Part shown: piece after piece, positions 40,426-43,037 of the stretch
How the letters are laid out: every line of letters begins with the position of its first letter
Numbering within the stretch: position 1 is the first letter of the stretch
Source: an uncultured Chitinophagales bacterium
GTDB lineage: Bacteria > Bacteroidota > Rhodothermia > Balneolales > HLUCCA01
Assembly: GCA_964454075.1 (NCBI GenBank)
Contig: CAYVRS010000002.1
Span: 1 to 43,037 of the forward strand
DNA length: 43,037 nt
Direction: 5' to 3'
Translations under genes and position numbers: made by a program
The notes under the pieces: model-generated
The model's input: the letters and a program-made list of their open reading frames with translations, nothing else
Databases searched by the model: none
Told to the model about the DNA's origin: nothing

Positions 40426-41071
40426 CCTTCCTTCCGAGAGCGGTCAGCCGATCTCGTACGATCTGTACGTGCCGTTCAACGAGCACGGCGCCTTGCATAC
40501 CCTGGTTTTTGTGCATGGCAAGGCCTTTTTCAAGGATTGGGGCACTTTTCCGGATGCCTTCATCGAAATGGCGGAACGCGGGTACGCCGTGGTCGCCTAC
40601 GACCATGCGCAAGGCTCGTTCGAGCAGCAGCTTGCGGATCTGAGCACCGTGCTCGACGCCATCCAACGCAACGAGATCGGAGCCAGCGCGGGTTTGGTGA
40701 GCATGTATCCGGTGGGCGTTGTGGCCCATGCCGATGGCGCCCGGACCGCTCTCGTGTCGGCCACCACGCGAGACGACATCCAAAGCGTGGTCTGTCTGTC
40801 CGCCACCGCCACCGACGATGCCATGGAGGCGGTCACGCAATTGTACATCCCGTGCTGCTTCATCCATGGCATGGGCGATGAGGTGGCCTCCTACCGCGAT
40901 TCCGACAAGCTGTATCAGGCCTGCGTGAGCCGCGAGAAAGACCGCATCCTGCTTGAAAAGGCCTCCCACACGTTCGGCGCCACCCATCCGTATACCAGCG
41001 AACAGCTGCCGTCTGATTTCGAAGACGTGATGGATCACACCCTCCGCTGGTTCCAGAGCACGCTGATGTGA
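40391..41071 (+). CDS. Alpha/beta-hydrolase-fold protein (dienelactone-hydrolase-like), non-canonical nucleophile elbow
   Basis: TLVFVHGKAFF..., acid and His regions IHGMGDEVAS and KASHTFGA. The expected G-x-S-x-G position reads AHADGA. The start overlaps the pseudouridine synthase by 35 nt and is uncertain. Confidence 0.55.
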   Translation: MPIVPVKKHAGNLPSESGQPISYDLYVPFNEHGALHTLVFVHGKAFFKDWGTFPDAFIEMAERGYAVVAYDHAQGSFEQQLADLSTVLDAIQRNEIGASAGLVSMYPVGVVAHADGARTALVSATTRDDIQSVVCLSATATDDAMEAVTQLYIPCCFIHGMGDEVASYRDSDKLYQACVSREKDRILLEKASHTFGATHPYTSEQLPSDFEDVMDHTLRWFQSTLM

Positions 41072-41793
41072 TGGAGACTCCGGTACCGGTGGAGTGGATC
41101 CGGCGCCGCGGCCAGCGCACCCTCCGCCTTCGTGTGAAACTCGACAAGATCGTGGTCTCCGCGCCCTACCGATGCCCGGAACGCGAGATCCGTCAGTTCC
41201 TGGTGGAGCGGCTCGATTGGGCCATCCAAGCCCATGCGGATCTGGTGCGGAAGGAATCCGCGTTCGACGCCTCGCTCGCCCTCACATCCGACCGTCTGCT
41301 GCTTCGAGGTGAATGGAAGGCCGTCCGCGTGGTTCACGGCTCCACAGGTCGCCGGAAATGGACGTGGGACGAAACCGACGACCTGTTCACCTTCATCCTG
41401 CATCCATCCGTCGCGGCACTCACGGCGGACATCGTGGCCGATGTGTACAAGCAATTGGCCAACATCGAGTTGACCGAACGCATCAACGAACTCGGCGCCA
41501 CACTGCCGTTCCGGTGGAACCGGGTGTTCATCCGTTCACAAAAAACGAAATGGGGCACCTGCTCCCGCGACGGACACATCTCCCTGAATTGGCGGCTGAT
41601 CAAATGTCCGGTCACCATCTGGGATTACCTCATCGTGCATGAGCTCTGCCACACCCGCCATTTCGACCACAGCAAGGCCTATTGGGCCTTGGTGAGAAGC
41701 CATTATCCGGATGTGGATGGCGCGAACCGCTGGATCAGGTCGAACACGCGGCTCGTCTTCGCCGACCCCGTGCCCGAGGTTTCTCCCAGCTGA
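41068..41793 (+). CDS. YgjP/DUF45-type (M48-like) metal-dependent hydrolase
   Basis: HExxH motif within WDYLIVHELCHTRHFDHSKAYWALV. Preceded by KTKWGTCSRDGHISLNWRL, typical of the family. The ATG overlaps the preceding stop by 4 nt. Confidence 0.82.
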   Translation: MMETPVPVEWIRRRGQRTLRLRVKLDKIVVSAPYRCPEREIRQFLVERLDWAIQAHADLVRKESAFDASLALTSDRLLLRGEWKAVRVVHGSTGRRKWTWDETDDLFTFILHPSVAALTADIVADVYKQLANIELTERINELGATLPFRWNRVFIRSQKTKWGTCSRDGHISLNWRLIKCPVTIWDYLIVHELCHTRHFDHSKAYWALVRSHYPDVDGANRWIRSNTRLVFADPVPEVSPS

Positions 41794-41906
41794 AGCGTGA
41801 ACATCTGCGCCGGTCGCCGGATGTCGCTGATAAAGTGCACGAAGTCTTTGATCGTGGTTCATTGTAAAGATTGATGACGGATTGGGCATCATCCGATTCG
41901 GAGTGC

Positions 41907-41914
41907 TACTTTAC
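41907..41914 (+). promoter_or_regulatory. Candidate -7 promoter box TACTTTAC, 4 nt upstream of the phosphoesterase ATG (leaderless geometry)
   Basis: gcTACTTTAC-ccat-ATG. This supports the MKRSTF start at 41919. Confidence 0.4.
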
Positions 41915-41918
41915 CCAT

Positions 41919-42941
41919 ATGAAACGCAGCACCTTCCTCTCCAGACTGGCGCTTGGCGCCGGTAGTCTTCCGCTCCTGGGAGCGGCCACCGAGAAGACCG
42001 AAACCGGATCCTCGTTCACCTTCGCCCACCTCACCGATTCGCATGTGCAGCGGCGCCGTTCGGGACATCTCGGCTTTGCCGAATGCGTGAAAAGCGTGAA
42101 CGCGCTCGACCGCAAGCCCGATCTCGTGCTCATGGGTGGCGACATGGTGTTCGACGGCTTGTACACCGACAAAGCCGTGTATCTGGACCAGATCGCGCTG
42201 TTCAAGGAAGGCGCCTCGAAACTCGAGATGCCATGGTACCCCTGCATGGGCAACCACGATGTGTTCGGGCTGTCGTCGAGGCGCAAAACCACGGTCGACG
42301 ATCCGGATATCGGTAAAGGCCTCATCCAGACCGCCCTCGGCTGGGCGAAGCCCTATTACAGCTTCAACCACAAGAACTGGCATTTCGTGGTGCTCGACAC
42401 CATCTTCCCGGTGGAGACGGAGAGCGGTCCGAGCTACGTGCCCAAGATCGGCGAGGAGCAGCTCGAGTGGTTGCGGTTCGACCTCGGCGCGCACAACGGC
42501 ATGCCCACGGTGGTGGTGATGCACATCGCCGCGTTCTGCCATTCGCCGCAGCTGAGCGGCAATCCCGAGGTGAAGGCCTACAACGGCCTGGTGATCAGCG
42601 ACAACAACGCCTTGCATGAGATCCTTGAGCGCCACAAGGTGAAGGCGGAGCTGCAAGGGCATACCCACCAGAACGAGGATTTCCGGTGGAACGATGTCTG
42701 GTATGTGACCAGCCAGAGCGTGAGCGCGGCCTGGTGGGGCGGCAACTGGCGCGGATTCAATCCCGGCTATGTGCTCTACACGGCGCATGCGGACGGTCGC
42801 ATCACCTGGGAACGCAAGGAATACGCCTGGGAACATCAATTGGAGCCGGAAGACACCTTGGAACGCACCCGGATCCAAGAGCGCGCGGATTTCGAGAACG
42901 CCCAGCGCGAGCTCTACCTCAAGGAGATCGGCGCCCGTTGA
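41919..42941 (+). CDS. Calcineurin-like metallophosphoesterase, exported (Tat-like signal)
   Basis: Signal MKRSTFLSRLALGAGSLPLLGAA. Phosphoesterase motifs HLTDSHV, GGDMVFDG, GNHD, VVMHIA and GHTHQNE. Confidence 0.82.
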   Translation: MKRSTFLSRLALGAGSLPLLGAATEKTETGSSFTFAHLTDSHVQRRRSGHLGFAECVKSVNALDRKPDLVLMGGDMVFDGLYTDKAVYLDQIALFKEGASKLEMPWYPCMGNHDVFGLSSRRKTTVDDPDIGKGLIQTALGWAKPYYSFNHKNWHFVVLDTIFPVETESGPSYVPKIGEEQLEWLRFDLGAHNGMPTVVVMHIAAFCHSPQLSGNPEVKAYNGLVISDNNALHEILERHKVKAELQGHTHQNEDFRWNDVWYVTSQSVSAAWWGGNWRGFNPGYVLYTAHADGRITWERKEYAWEHQLEPEDTLERTRIQERADFENAQRELYLKEIGAR

Positions 42942-43037
42942 TCCACACGTCGTCGAAGCCTTCGGCGAAACGATGCGGATCGGAGAAGGTCGCGGTGTCG
43001 CGCACTCTCGACAGATCGAACAGAAGCACATCCGCCC
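42919..43037 (-). CDS. 3' fragment of an amidohydrolase (D-aminoacylase-like C-terminus); the gene continues beyond the window
   Basis: The minus-strand frame entering from the right edge reads ADVLLFDLSRVRDTATFSDPHRFAEGFDDVWINGRRSP*. This resembles the ...FDP..v.D.ATfe.Ph..a.Gi..V.VNG tail of N-acyl-D-amino-acid deacylase-type amidohydrolases. Overlaps the phosphoesterase 3' end by 23 nt. Confidence 0.4.
   Translation of the reverse strand, partial: ADVLLFDLSRVRDTATFSDPHRFAEGFDDVWINGRRSP

Overview
A 43-kb chromosomal window from a high-GC bacterium (about 60% GC by eye). It is densely packed with genes, and many adjacent genes overlap start to stop in an ATGA arrangement. The expression signals look like the FCB group (Bacteroidota, Rhodothermota or Chlorobiota-like): TAnnTTTG-type -7 boxes, almost no Shine-Dalgarno sequences, and lipoprotein signal peptides. 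This taxonomic placement is an inference. Gene content, left to right: priA (5' partial) with a coupled soluble histidine kinase; a PQQ sugar dehydrogenase lipoprotein; clpS-clpA; a hisS unit. Next comes a roughly 12.5-kb minus-strand glycan cluster headed by gatC, containing a YfhO-like membrane protein, two glycosyltransferase-like genes, the full pseudaminic acid pathway (pseB, pseC, pseF, a pseG/pseH fusion, pseI), a Wzx-like flippase and an esterase. Then ptsH-ptsI with no EII; a very AT-rich structured spacer; a standalone CBM48 protein; birA, tilS, hpt; tRNA-Ser(GCT). Then a 5-oxoprolinase operon (pxpB, pxpC, pxpA and an NRAMP/YcsG-like transporter) divergent from mgsA and a BaiN-type flavoprotein; divergent M28 and M16 peptidases; a DsbA-like protein; a TPR histidine kinase; tRNA-Leu(GAG); a pseudouridine synthase, an alpha/beta hydrolase and a YgjP metallopeptidase; a metallophosphoesterase; and a 3' fragment of an amidohydrolase. 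I found no CRISPR array, prophage, transposase, integrase, toxin-antitoxin pair or recognisable defence system, so I cannot honestly name a new multi-gene system here. Five things are worth a second look. (1) A recurrent promoter geometry implies leaderless mRNAs for most operon-first genes. (2) A roughly 130-nt intergenic repeat family carries a conserved ACTGTCCGCAAGTTTCAC box. (3) An orphan promoter followed by two terminators between the two peptidase genes may be a small RNA or an attenuator. (4) The AT-rich spacer upstream of the CBM48 gene is full of palindromes. (5) A lower-GC gene in the Pse cluster is a candidate pseudaminic acid transferase. All protein calls rest on motifs I recognise in the translations; no database search was run.
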